Source of the DNA: Victivallaceae bacterium
GTDB lineage: Bacteria > Verrucomicrobiota > Lentisphaeria > Victivallales > Victivallaceae
Assembly: GCA_045534015.1 (NCBI GenBank)
Contig: JAZSIZ010000060.1
Location: 372-64,371, forward strand
Length of the DNA: 64,000 bases
Reading direction: 5' to 3'
In this document: one piece after another, positions 9,019-17,621 of the stretch
Position numbering within the stretch: the first letter of the stretch is position 1
Layout of the letters: each line of letters starts with the position of its first letter
Program-made: the position numbers and the translations under genes
The notes under the pieces: generated by a model
Seen by the model: only the letters and a program-made list of their open reading frames with translations
What the model was told of the DNA's origin: nothing
Database searches by the model: none

Positions 9019-9777
9019 TCAGTTGTTGTCAGCATATTTGAAATAGTTGCCAGGATAGTCGCTGTATTTGTATGAATTTTTACTTCCCGCCAGCATATCT
9101 TTGTGAGTTTCCAGAGTTCTCACATGACCGTCATAATAGAGCATGTTAATCTTGTCTCTGTGCCAGACCGTATGTAAACCGCCATCCGGCATCACCTTGA
9201 GGTAGCTTGAAACTTCCGGATATGAACCGGCATAATTTACTATGGTATAATTGTCACCGAGCAAACTTATATTACTGTTGCCGTCTTTCAGACGCATTCT
9301 GCTGACTTCATGTTCAGGATTGCGCATGGAATATGAGGAATACCAGTTGCCGCTGGATATTTTGAAATCTTTTGCGAAATTCGGCGGCATGGTCAAACCT
9401 CCTGCCGGACAATAGAAAAGTTGAGGTTCTGACAGAAAATCCCCGGCATAAAGGTGTCCGGTAGTCCGGTATCTGGGGGTTCCGTTTTCCGTATTCTTGA
9501 TGTAATAACGGCAGGCGTAACGCCACCATGAATCAACTTCATACGGGATATAATCATCAAAAGCATCCGCATAAAGGGCGAATCCCAAACCGAATTGTTT
9601 GAGCTGATTGGTGCAACTGATCGTCCGTCCCCGTTCTCTGGCTGAATTAAGTGCCGGCAGCAGAATCGCTGCCAGAATAGCGATAATTGCAATGACAACC
9701 AGCAACTCAATGAGAGTAAATTGTTTGACAGATCGACGGCAGAAACTTTCGGATTTTTTCATAACAAGACCTTTCAT
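9019..9777 (-). CDS. Prepilin-type N-terminal cleavage/methylation protein with H-X9-DG motif (pseudopilin-like, DUF1559 type)
   Basis: Contains [32 protein letters not shown], the class III signal and hydrophobic helix. C-terminal [12 protein letters not shown] is a canonical H-X9-DG motif. The start ATG overlaps the LacI stop (ATGA at 9774-9777). Confidence 0.8.
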   Translation of the reverse strand: MKGLVMKKSESFCRRSVKQFTLIELLVVIAIIAILAAILLPALNSARERGRTISCTNQLKQFGLGFALYADAFDDYIPYEVDSWWRYACRYYIKNTENGTPRYRTTGHLYAGDFLSEPQLFYCPAGGLTMPPNFAKDFKISSGNWYSSYSMRNPEHEVSRMRLKDGNSNISLLGDNYTIVNYAGSYPEVSSYLKVMPDGGLHTVWHRDKINMLYYDGHVRTLETHKDMLAGSKNSYKYSDYPGNYFKYADNN

Positions 9778-10835
9778 TGTTGTTTTTGGGTATTTTTATC
9801 CAGACGGCAATAAGATATTCCCGGGACCTCGATACAGCATGGTTCATTATCAAAAGCCCGCTCAATAAGATGGCTGCAGATAACCGGCACATCAAAACCC
9901 ACAGAAGATATCGGGATCGGTGATAATCTGCTGGCACTTGAATTGAAAAATCCACCGATAACCAGATCCACGCCGATTTTTTTTCCATGAGCAATAAATG
10001 CCGCAGCAGCTCCCAGAGCCGCCGCATCAGAGGGGAATATCACTGCTTGCAGATCCGGATAAAGAGTCAGCATTTTTGCTGCGATCGCTTTGCCGGATCG
10101 GTGATCTGTTGCCTGAATGTCTGTGTCTGTTGATGGGGGAGTGTCGCAGAGATAAAAAATATTACGCAGGATTTCTTCCGCTTCTTCAGGAGGATATATT
10201 TTTCTGATCAGCTCTGCCTCCATGCGTTCCGGCTCGCTGTTTCCGGAATACATCACATATTTTAATTTTCGGAAACCGGATTTGACAAACTGCCGGATCA
10301 ATTCAAGGCGTGCTTCGCCCGGGCAATTGACCACTCGGCGGGAAAAGAGATACCCCATGCCGATAAATGGACAACCGGCTTTTTTTATTTCCTGTTCAAT
10401 TTTGATGTAACCGACCGGATCACCGATCATTATAAAACTTTCTGCACCATGACTCAATTGTTCTCTGATGCGTTTCAGGTTTTCCTCCTCTTCGTAACCG
10501 AGAATCATTATATTGGTTGAAAAACCTTTGCGGTTGAGAGTATCAACGACCTCGATCAACAGTTCATTGAATGGTTCACGCTGACGAAGCTGCGGTGATG
10601 AAACGACCACTCCGACACAATGAATCGTGTCTCCATGCATCATTTTATAGCCGACATTCTGTCTCCATCCCAGTTCTTCAGCCAACTGCTTGACCTTTTC
10701 TACCGTACTTTCCGAAATAAAGCGGCTGTCCTGACCGGTCAAAATGCGGTGAACTGTTGTGACCGACAAATCCGCAGCTTTGGCAACATCACGCAGAGAA
10801 CAACGTTTTTTGGTTTTTGAAGCTTCTTTTTTCAT
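9774..10835 (-). CDS. LacI family transcriptional regulator
   Basis: N-terminal [25 protein letters not shown] followed by a periplasmic-binding-protein-like sugar-binding fold. It is the first gene of the operon. Confidence 0.85.
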   Translation of the reverse strand: MKKEASKTKKRCSLRDVAKAADLSVTTVHRILTGQDSRFISESTVEKVKQLAEELGWRQNVGYKMMHGDTIHCVGVVVSSPQLRQREPFNELLIEVVDTLNRKGFSTNIMILGYEEEENLKRIREQLSHGAESFIMIGDPVGYIKIEQEIKKAGCPFIGMGYLFSRRVVNCPGEARLELIRQFVKSGFRKLKYVMYSGNSEPERMEAELIRKIYPPEEAEEILRNIFYLCDTPPSTDTDIQATDHRSGKAIAAKMLTLYPDLQAVIFPSDAAALGAAAAFIAHGKKIGVDLVIGGFFNSSASRLSPIPISSVGFDVPVICSHLIERAFDNEPCCIEVPGISYCRLDKNTQKQQ

Positions 10836-10858
10836 ATAAAATCATCCGGTTAAAGGTG

Positions 10859-10874
10859 CGCTTACATGTAAGCG
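10859..10874. promoter_or_regulatory. Perfect 16-bp palindrome CGCTTACATGTAAGCG, candidate LacI operator
   Basis: Exactly self-complementary. It lies between the predicted -10 (10890-10895) and the LacI start codon (10835), in a roadblock position. Confidence 0.45.
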
Positions 10875-10889
10875 TATGAATTTGGTGAT

Positions 10890-10918
10890 AATATAGCATC
10901 TGAATCGTTGATTGTCAA
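10890..10918 (-). promoter_or_regulatory. Putative promoter of the LacI-pseudopilin-beta-helix-GH78 operon (TTGACA, 17 nt, TATATT)
   Basis: The reverse complement reads ttgaca atcaacgattcagatgc tatatt. Confidence 0.5.
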
Positions 10919-10946
10919 TAGTTGATTGTAAAATATTTTTACAAAA

Positions 10947-10981
10947 ACAGGAGACCATCTGAATAACAGACGGTCTCCTGT
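10947..10981 (-). terminator. Rho-independent terminator after the XRE-cupin gene
   Basis: 10-bp perfect stem (acaggagacc / ggtctcctgt) with a 15-nt loop. It is followed on the minus strand by uuuug. It lies 33 nt downstream of the stop at 11014. Confidence 0.6.
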
Positions 10982-11013
10982 CTTACATTATTGTATATAT
11001 CTGGAAATGAAGA

Positions 11014-11595
11014 TCAATTTATTTCCAGTTCACTGTCGGTGTAGATCAGCAATCCTTTTGCGTAAGTACAGCCCGGAGCAAGTTCCACACGGTGTGGCAC
11101 ATTGGCTTTCAGATAGATTGTGTCGTTTGGACGCATCAGATAACTTGTGTGGTCATCGCAGAGGATATAATTCAATTCCCCCTCAAGCAGGATGAAAAAT
11201 TCCTCGGTGTCGTGAAACTTGAATTCTCTGGGGGATGCCGGGGTGTATTCAATGATGAATGGATCCATTTTGCGTCCGATGTGACGGTGGGCAAGAGAGA
11301 GGTAACGGATCCCGTGTTCGCCGCCGTTATCCCGGTCAAGTTCCACACCATCACTCAAATTGCCGAATGTATACTGGCTGTTGGTATCGCCGTCTTCTGC
11401 AAAAAGCACGCTCATGGAGACCCCGAGAGCATCTGCTATCCGGGTAAGAGCTTTTAATGACGGGGTGATACGGAAATTTTCTACCTGGGAGATAAAACCT
11501 TTGCTGAAACCGCTGCTTCTGGCAAGCTGTTCCACGGTCATATCCTGCTCGATGCGGATTTTCCGGATGTTTTGGGATAATTCAAGTAAATTCAT
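11014..11595 (-). CDS. XRE-family HTH plus cupin domain transcriptional regulator
   Basis: HTH_3-like N-terminus (IRKIRIEQDMTVEQLARSSGFSKGFISQVE). C-terminal cupin_2-like barrel (EEFFILLEGELNY...VPHRVE). Confidence 0.8.
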   Translation of the reverse strand: MNLLELSQNIRKIRIEQDMTVEQLARSSGFSKGFISQVENFRITPSLKALTRIADALGVSMSVLFAEDGDTNSQYTFGNLSDGVELDRDNGGEHGIRYLSLAHRHIGRKMDPFIIEYTPASPREFKFHDTEEFFILLEGELNYILCDDHTSYLMRPNDTIYLKANVPHRVELAPGCTYAKGLLIYTDSELEIN

Positions 11596-11621
11596 GTCAG
11601 ATCCTGTTACAGTAACTTTAT

Positions 11622-11969
11622 TCAGATGTTTTCTGTTACTATAACACTGATTCCTGAATTATCAACATCATTTATGATAATATCGCCGTTTTTTACCGGC
11701 ATTTTTATCTGCATCTGATAAATTCTGTTGAGCAGAGCCGGTATCATTGCTTTGGGGCAGGGGGCGGACGAACGCACTGCTATGAATGGATGTGCCGGAT
11801 CATCACTGGGCATCACTGCCGTGACCACCCGTCTCGGATCGGTCAGTTCTGAAGTGGCGTATGCCGTTCCCCTGGGGCAGCGGTTGCCGGAAATCTGCCA
11901 TTTACCATCAACTTCTTCAGCACACAGATGACAGCCTTGCGGACAGCTTATACATATCAATTCGCGCAT
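11622..11969 (-). CDS. DUF1667 domain protein (small Cys-rich subunit accompanying GlpA-like dehydrogenases)
   Basis: Contains CISCPQGC...GNRCPRG and a PVKNGD tail. ATG at 11969 is preceded by GGAGG. The tracked ORF begins earlier, at 11990. Confidence 0.7.
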   Translation of the reverse strand: MRELICISCPQGCHLCAEEVDGKWQISGNRCPRGTAYATSELTDPRRVVTAVMPSDDPAHPFIAVRSSAPCPKAMIPALLNRIYQMQIKMPVKNGDIIINDVDNSGISVIVTENI

Positions 11970-11970
11970 A

Positions 11971-13218
11971 TCAACACTCCTCCAATTCAAATGTCACAGC
12001 TCCGGAAAGAATTGTGCCGGGCAATTCGGCAAAGATCATTTCCGCCGGACGGACGAACATGAGTTTCTTTTCCCACACACATTTGCCATCGATCAGGGCT
12101 TTAAGAACGGCTTTGTCTGTAACTACGGTCGGGCGGAAGAGGAAACGGGTATCTTTGCCTGACTCAAAGCGGTTGGGAATGGCGTATTTGAGATTTTTAC
12201 CGGCAGAACTGGCAAATTCTTTTCCCGGTTTTACCCCCATGAGATAATCAACGATGCACTTGCCGGCAAACTCCGCTTCTTCTGCTACGAAGTCCACCAG
12301 ATCATGAACATGCAGTACGTTTCCGGCGGAGAATACCCCCGGCACACTCGTCGAGTAGGTCGAATCGACCTCCGCTCCGCCGGTTGCCGGATTTTCTTTT
12401 ACTCCAAGCTGGCGGGCAAGTTCCATTTCCGGAATCAGTCCAACTGAAAAGAGAACAGTATCGCACTCAATGGTAAAAGCTTTGCTCATATCCGGGATGC
12501 GATTGGCATCCAGCGGGGCGGCAACTACCTGTGTTACCCGCTCTTTTCCATCGATATGAACGACAGAGGTGGAAAGATAAAGCGGAATATTAAAATCATT
12601 CAAACATTGCACCACATTTCTGGTCAATCCGGCGGAGTGCGGCATGATCTCAATAACAGCCTTTACCTCGATACCGCTCCAGCGCAGTCGCCGTGCCATG
12701 ATCAATCCGATGTCTCCGGAACCGACGATCACCGCTGATCTTCCGGGAAGTTTCCCCTCGCAATTGAGCAGTTTCTGTGCTGTTCCGGCGGTGAAAACTC
12801 CAGCCGGTCTTGCTCCGGGAGTGGCGATCGCTCCCCGGTTGCGTTCCCTGCATCCCATTGCAAGCATTACCGCCCGGGCATTGATATGGGTAACGCCGTC
12901 AGCTTTGGATAATACACGCAAATCAAAGGTTCCGTCATCAAGCTTCTTTATATCAGTGATGGCACTTTGTAATGCAAATTCTGCACCGGCGCATTTCGCT
13001 TTTTCTGACATGCGGAACGCAAATTCAGGCCCGGTCAACTCTTCTTTGAAGTATTTCAGTCCGAAGCCGTTATGGATGCATTGATTGAGAATACCGCCGG
13101 TTCTGCTTTCCCGGTCAATAATCAAAGTGGAACATCCGGCATCGGCACAGACACTGCCGGCTGCAAGTCCGGCGGCACCGGCTCCGGCGATGACCACATC
13201 GTAAGAACTTTTGCTCAT
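11971..13218 (-). CDS. NAD(P)/FAD-dependent pyridine nucleotide-disulfide-type oxidoreductase
   Basis: Two Rossmann motifs are present (VVIAGAGAAG and AVIVGSGDIG). The start overlaps the upstream stop (TAATG). Confidence 0.8.
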   Translation of the reverse strand: MSKSSYDVVIAGAGAAGLAAGSVCADAGCSTLIIDRESRTGGILNQCIHNGFGLKYFKEELTGPEFAFRMSEKAKCAGAEFALQSAITDIKKLDDGTFDLRVLSKADGVTHINARAVMLAMGCRERNRGAIATPGARPAGVFTAGTAQKLLNCEGKLPGRSAVIVGSGDIGLIMARRLRWSGIEVKAVIEIMPHSAGLTRNVVQCLNDFNIPLYLSTSVVHIDGKERVTQVVAAPLDANRIPDMSKAFTIECDTVLFSVGLIPEMELARQLGVKENPATGGAEVDSTYSTSVPGVFSAGNVLHVHDLVDFVAEEAEFAGKCIVDYLMGVKPGKEFASSAGKNLKYAIPNRFESGKDTRFLFRPTVVTDKAVLKALIDGKCVWEKKLMFVRPAEMIFAELPGTILSGAVTFELEEC

Positions 13219-14663
13219 TATTTTACCTCCAAATCGCCGAGCTTTCCGGCCAGAATGCGGCTTTTTCCACCGCGTTTGGTCAATTCTTCCATTGGTATTC
13301 CGCTGTTTTTGCTGATGATCTGCAGCACTTTGGCTGAACAGAACCCGCCCTGACAGCGTCCCATTCCGGCACGGGTGTAGAATTTTACTCCATCCACAGT
13401 TGTGTGTCCCCGTTTTACAGCTTCTACGATTTCAGCTTCTGAGATTTTCTCACAGCGGCAGATGATATTGGTCCATGCCGGATTTTCTTTATGAAGTTTC
13501 TGCAACTCGTCATCCGTCAAATTGCGGGCTTCATACCGTTCCGGTAAAGTTCCGTCAAAAGCAGGATTCTTTTCTGCAGACAATCCGGCATTTTGAAGAA
13601 GTTTGACAATATATTCGCCGATGGCAGGTGAAGCGGTCAATCCCGGGGATTGGATGCCCGCCGCCTGAATCAGGGCAGGGCGTTTTTCAGAAGCAGCGAT
13701 GTAAAAATCTTCTGATTCATGTACCGGACGCAATCCTGCAAAACTGGTGATCAGGTCTCTGGCTGCCAGACCGGTTACCATATTCTGAGTGAGCTTCAGG
13801 ATTTTTGCGAAGTTATCCGCCGTGGTTCCGGTATCAAGTTTGTCATCCACAGCTTCGGCAGTCGGTCCGATCATGGTCGTGCCTCCTGCAGTTGGGATAA
13901 CCAATACACCTTTGGAGTGTTTTACCGGCACCGGAAAAACTACCTTTGACGGTCTTCCGGCGCAGTTGCGGTCGAGGAGGTATTCTTCTCCTTTACGGGG
14001 GAATATTTTGAATTCTTCTGCGCCGAGTGCACGGGAAACTTCATCGGCAAACAATCCGGCGGCATTGACCACGAATTTTGCCCTGATCTTTCTACCGTCA
14101 GCCGCTGTCAATTCCCATGCTTCATCGCTGTATGTGCCGGCGGTCACTTTGAAGTCGCACCGCAGGGCAACCTGATTTTTTACTGCACTTTCCACCAGAG
14201 CGAAAACGTAACCGTAAGGTTCCAGCGTGCCGCCGTGCGGGACGAAAAAGCCGCCGACCGCATTGGCTGTGAGTTTGGGTTCCAATTCAAAAATACGTTT
14301 TCTGTCGCAGAATTCCATATCTTTTACGCCGTTATCCAAACCGCGCTGATAGAGTTTTTTCAGTGTCTCAAGCTCTTCTTCAGAGTAGGCTACCACCAGA
14401 ATTCCGCATTTCAAATAGGGATAATGAAGCTCTTTTGAAAGTTTTTCAATAAGCTCATTGCCCCGCAGTTCCAGTTGGGTTTTCAATGAGTCAGAAGGAT
14501 GGTGGAAGCCGCCGTGGACAATTCCGGAATTGGCTTTGGAGACACCCGAACACACTTCGTGACCGCTTTCCAGAAGTACCGTATTGACTGCATACTGCGA
14601 CAGCATGTAAGCAGTCGCCGCTCCGGTGGCTCCGGCTCCGATTATGGCAACATCGTACAGCAT
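13218..14663 (-). CDS. FAD-dependent glycerol-3-phosphate dehydrogenase-like oxidoreductase with BFD-like [2Fe-2S] domain
   Basis: Contains YDVAIIGAGATG and a DAO-type fold. C-terminal ICRCEKISEAEIVEAV...GRCQGGFC is the BFD-like motif. ATG at 14663 with RBS aaggtg is preferred over GTG at 14675. Confidence 0.8.
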   Translation of the reverse strand: MLYDVAIIGAGATGAATAYMLSQYAVNTVLLESGHEVCSGVSKANSGIVHGGFHHPSDSLKTQLELRGNELIEKLSKELHYPYLKCGILVVAYSEEELETLKKLYQRGLDNGVKDMEFCDRKRIFELEPKLTANAVGGFFVPHGGTLEPYGYVFALVESAVKNQVALRCDFKVTAGTYSDEAWELTAADGRKIRAKFVVNAAGLFADEVSRALGAEEFKIFPRKGEEYLLDRNCAGRPSKVVFPVPVKHSKGVLVIPTAGGTTMIGPTAEAVDDKLDTGTTADNFAKILKLTQNMVTGLAARDLITSFAGLRPVHESEDFYIAASEKRPALIQAAGIQSPGLTASPAIGEYIVKLLQNAGLSAEKNPAFDGTLPERYEARNLTDDELQKLHKENPAWTNIICRCEKISEAEIVEAVKRGHTTVDGVKFYTRAGMGRCQGGFCSAKVLQIISKNSGIPMEELTKRGGKSRILAGKLGDLEVK

Positions 14664-14707
14664 AGTTGAAAACACCTTGTTTAGCTTGTTGTTTACTTGT
14701 TTTGTAT

Positions 14708-14735
14708 AATATATACCAAGCGGTTAAAAAGTCAA
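14708..14735 (-). promoter_or_regulatory. Putative promoter of the GlpA-like operon (TTGACT, 16 nt, TATATT)
   Basis: The reverse complement reads ttgact ttttaaccgcttggta tatatt. Confidence 0.45.
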
Positions 14736-14860
14736 GCTTCTCTCGGAAAATATTAAGAAAAACAACAAAACTGTGCTGTATGTGACGCCGGAAATCGATT
14801 GAATCCGGCGGAATATTATCTGCCGGAACTTGTGGTGCATTTCAAGATTGAAGCTATTGT

Positions 14861-15874
14861 TCAGAGGTCGATAAAACCGTCAAATTGCAGCGGAATGACC
14901 TGATTCCAGGTGTTTTCTGCGTGATCGAATCCGCCCGGACCATCGGCAGCGGCGGCAAACAGTGCAATCGGAATTCCTGCCGCATCAAAGAGCAGCTGCG
15001 GGCGTTCAAGTGAACCGAGTGTAACTGAATTTCCGTTATCCAGTTCAATCGTTCTTGAGTAAGCTTTTCCCTGAAACAGCCACTGGCTGCCATCGGTGGA
15101 AACAAAGTGCGCCCCGGCGTGTTTTTCTCCTGTGAGGTTGCCGGAAATATCTTTGGCAATCATTTCCAGATTTTCGCCATTATGCCAGACAAAGGGATCT
15201 TCAATGGCAAGATCGTGTATCGCCGGAGTGTCGCCCCGCAAATACGGTCCTGCCGGAGTTTCCGCCACTGCCAGACCGGTATTTATACCGCCGCCGGGGA
15301 TGTTGGAGCGGTAATAGAGAAAAATTCTGCCGCCCGGCAATACACAGGCGGCGGGATTGGTGACTATGGTGCAGTCAAATTTTTCCGGACGGGCTTCCAG
15401 AACCGGTTCCGGAAGAAATTCCCATGGACCGGCAGGGGATTTGCTCCGTGCCAGACCGATACGGATCTGATCGTAACATCTGAAAACCAGTGTGGTGTCT
15501 TCTTTTATCTTATCCGCCGGAGTGGCTTCGCCCTGATAGGTGGAAGCTATATAGTACATCAAGTACCCGCCTTTGTATTTGATCACCGTCGGATTGTGTG
15601 CCATCATGCCGTTCCATTTATCCGGATCGCCTGACGGCTGAAGTTTTTCAATAAAACGGTACGGACCATTGAGTGTTTCCGAAAAAGTGTGGATTATTTC
15701 AGAAAACAGCACATAACCGTAGAGCATCGGGTAATCTTTGCGCCAGCATGAGGCATAAAGGTGGTAACCTTTGCCGGGTTCTTCCACCGCCGAACCGCAC
15801 CACACCCATTTATCCGCTTCCCGGTAGCCTCCTTGTGCCGGAGCAGGCAATAATCTGAAAGAGCTTTTCCGCAT
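14861..15874 (-). CDS. Probable five-bladed beta-propeller glycoside hydrolase (GH43/GH117-like)
   Basis: 337 aa. The pattern WVWCGSAV..GKGYHLY..., HNPTVIKYKGGYLMYY, AGPW and LERPQLLF resembles GH43-clan enzymes. Family assignment is uncertain. Confidence 0.45.
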   Translation of the reverse strand: MRKSSFRLLPAPAQGGYREADKWVWCGSAVEEPGKGYHLYASCWRKDYPMLYGYVLFSEIIHTFSETLNGPYRFIEKLQPSGDPDKWNGMMAHNPTVIKYKGGYLMYYIASTYQGEATPADKIKEDTTLVFRCYDQIRIGLARSKSPAGPWEFLPEPVLEARPEKFDCTIVTNPAACVLPGGRIFLYYRSNIPGGGINTGLAVAETPAGPYLRGDTPAIHDLAIEDPFVWHNGENLEMIAKDISGNLTGEKHAGAHFVSTDGSQWLFQGKAYSRTIELDNGNSVTLGSLERPQLLFDAAGIPIALFAAAADGPGGFDHAENTWNQVIPLQFDGFIDL

Positions 15875-15915
15875 GAACCGTTTTCCTGTTTTATATGTAG
15901 TGAATGTTGACTGTA

Positions 15916-15960
15916 GAAATCTGCCGGGACTGTCTTTTTTTTTCAGTTCCGGCAGATTTC
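15916..15960 (-). other. Strong intercistronic hairpin (17-bp stem, one mismatch)
   Basis: gaaatctgccgggactg (15916-15932) pairs with cagttccggcagatttc (15944-15960) across an 11-nt T/A-rich loop. No U-tract follows in the transcribed (minus) direction. Confidence 0.5.
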
Positions 15961-15973
15961 CCGGAGTTGCTGA

Positions 15974-17599
15974 TTATTTCAGCACAGCAGAACCGGCAAC
16001 CGGGATCACGCTGCCGTCTGCCGGATTGCATCCTGCGTCGACTGCATTGCAGCACGGAACTTTGATCGCCCGGTCGGAAAGGTTGCAGACAATGGTTTTT
16101 TTACCGTCATTTTTGATGCACTGATCAAATTTTCCGGCATCGCAGATAACAACCAGACGGCTGTTTTCATTTTCCACGATTGCCCCTTCAATATCCGACC
16201 AGCCGAAGACAAATCTCCATTCGCCGTGGTTGATCAATTCTCTGTTGGCATTGTACATATCGATGTAGTAACGGATGATCTGTTTTTCCGTATCGGTCAA
16301 ACGGGTGAGATCCATTGACAGCATCGGAACCCCGAGCAGCATCGCCATCATGTGACGGGCGACATTTTCGGTGGTTTCGCCAAAGGGCCAGTAAGCCGGA
16401 TCGGCGTGAGCAGGTCCGAGATTGCCGATGGAAAGACGGATTTCCACCATTCTGCCGAAGTTGCTCATCCAGTTGAAAGGCACATCACCGGCACGGAACT
16501 GGGTTCCGTATTTCAACATGCCGGGTATGGCGTAGCTCTGGCGGAATTCGATCAGTGCATCCGGATTATCCTCTTTCAATCCGCCGGTCAGATCGGCGAT
16601 GAGTTTTTCCGTCGCCCGGGCATTGGGGGCATCGACATTGGGAGGAACAATATCAAGGAAGTCGATTTTCAAGCCGTCAAGTCCGTTATCTTTGGCAAGA
16701 GCGCGCAATTTTTTGACCAACGGAGCGAAATCAGCTTTGTTGACATCCATTTTATCATACCCCTCAATGGGGGTATTGTTGGTCATGCCCGGATTATTCT
16801 GGTAGAGTTTGGATTTGAATCCCCAGAGGTGCGGGGCGCACCAGACCATATATTTCATGCCGAGCGACTGGATACGTTTGACATGATTTTTGAAATCGGG
16901 GAATTTTTTCTCCGAAACATCCCAGTCGCCGATCATCTCATACCAGCTGACAATGGTCTGCGGAGAAACCCGTTTCATATCATCATAGCACCAGCCGTCA
17001 TCGACGATCAAAGTGGTGAAGCCGAGGTCTTTGGCGATGGGACAGGTTTTTTCCACGAAGTCGGCAGTCACCGCACCGTGAACGGCATACCAGGTGCAGT
17101 AGACCGGATCGGTGGCAGCTGCCGGATAGGTGTAAGCGGGCAGAGCCAATGCTTTGCGCCAGTCGGCAACCGCATCCTGCCAATCAATGCTGCGGGCATC
17201 GAGGATAATGTCGAAAGAGCCGGTTTCTTCGCTTAAAGCGATGGTACAGGTAATGTCATAAGTTCCCTTTTCCTGATTGACTTCAAAACGGATACGGGTG
17301 TCATCCTGCAAATCGGTCGAGGCAAAAGTGCCCTTGTTGATTCCGGCGGTGTTGAATGCCGCTACGACCGGAATGTTTTTCTGCGCTCCGCTGTCGAGTT
17401 CCAGAACCCACGGCAGATTGCGTTTTTCCGGACCGGCAACCAGAGAATTGAGCCATACTTCATGGACATCGACCAGTGAGATGCTGGTGGTGATGACCAC
17501 TTTGTCTGCTCCTTTTTCCGGGGTTGCGGAAATTCTGGTGTAATCTCCGGTTTTGGCAAATTCCTGCGTTGTGCCATTGGAGTAAGTAAATTTGATCAT
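15974..17599 (-). CDS. Clan GH-D alpha-galactosidase-like glycoside hydrolase (GH36/GH27 type)
   Basis: Contains LIVDDGW, LKIDFLD (K-x-D nucleophile context) and FRAGD. N-terminal beta-sandwich precedes a TIM barrel. 541 aa. Confidence 0.55.
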   Translation of the reverse strand: MIKFTYSNGTTQEFAKTGDYTRISATPEKGADKVVITTSISLVDVHEVWLNSLVAGPEKRNLPWVLELDSGAQKNIPVVAAFNTAGINKGTFASTDLQDDTRIRFEVNQEKGTYDITCTIALSEETGSFDIILDARSIDWQDAVADWRKALALPAYTYPAAATDPVYCTWYAVHGAVTADFVEKTCPIAKDLGFTTLIVDDGWCYDDMKRVSPQTIVSWYEMIGDWDVSEKKFPDFKNHVKRIQSLGMKYMVWCAPHLWGFKSKLYQNNPGMTNNTPIEGYDKMDVNKADFAPLVKKLRALAKDNGLDGLKIDFLDIVPPNVDAPNARATEKLIADLTGGLKEDNPDALIEFRQSYAIPGMLKYGTQFRAGDVPFNWMSNFGRMVEIRLSIGNLGPAHADPAYWPFGETTENVARHMMAMLLGVPMLSMDLTRLTDTEKQIIRYYIDMYNANRELINHGEWRFVFGWSDIEGAIVENENSRLVVICDAGKFDQCIKNDGKKTIVCNLSDRAIKVPCCNAVDAGCNPADGSVIPVAGSAVLK

Positions 17600-17621
17600 A
17601 GCATATACCCTTTCTTTTGGT

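Noticed and set aside
10902-10928. Direct repeat gttgattgt x2 near the locus-1 promoter as a regulator site
   Set aside because: The repeat is short (9 nt) and overlaps the -35 box. It is likely a by-product of the TTGACA-like sequence, and no second occurrence elsewhere supports a motif.
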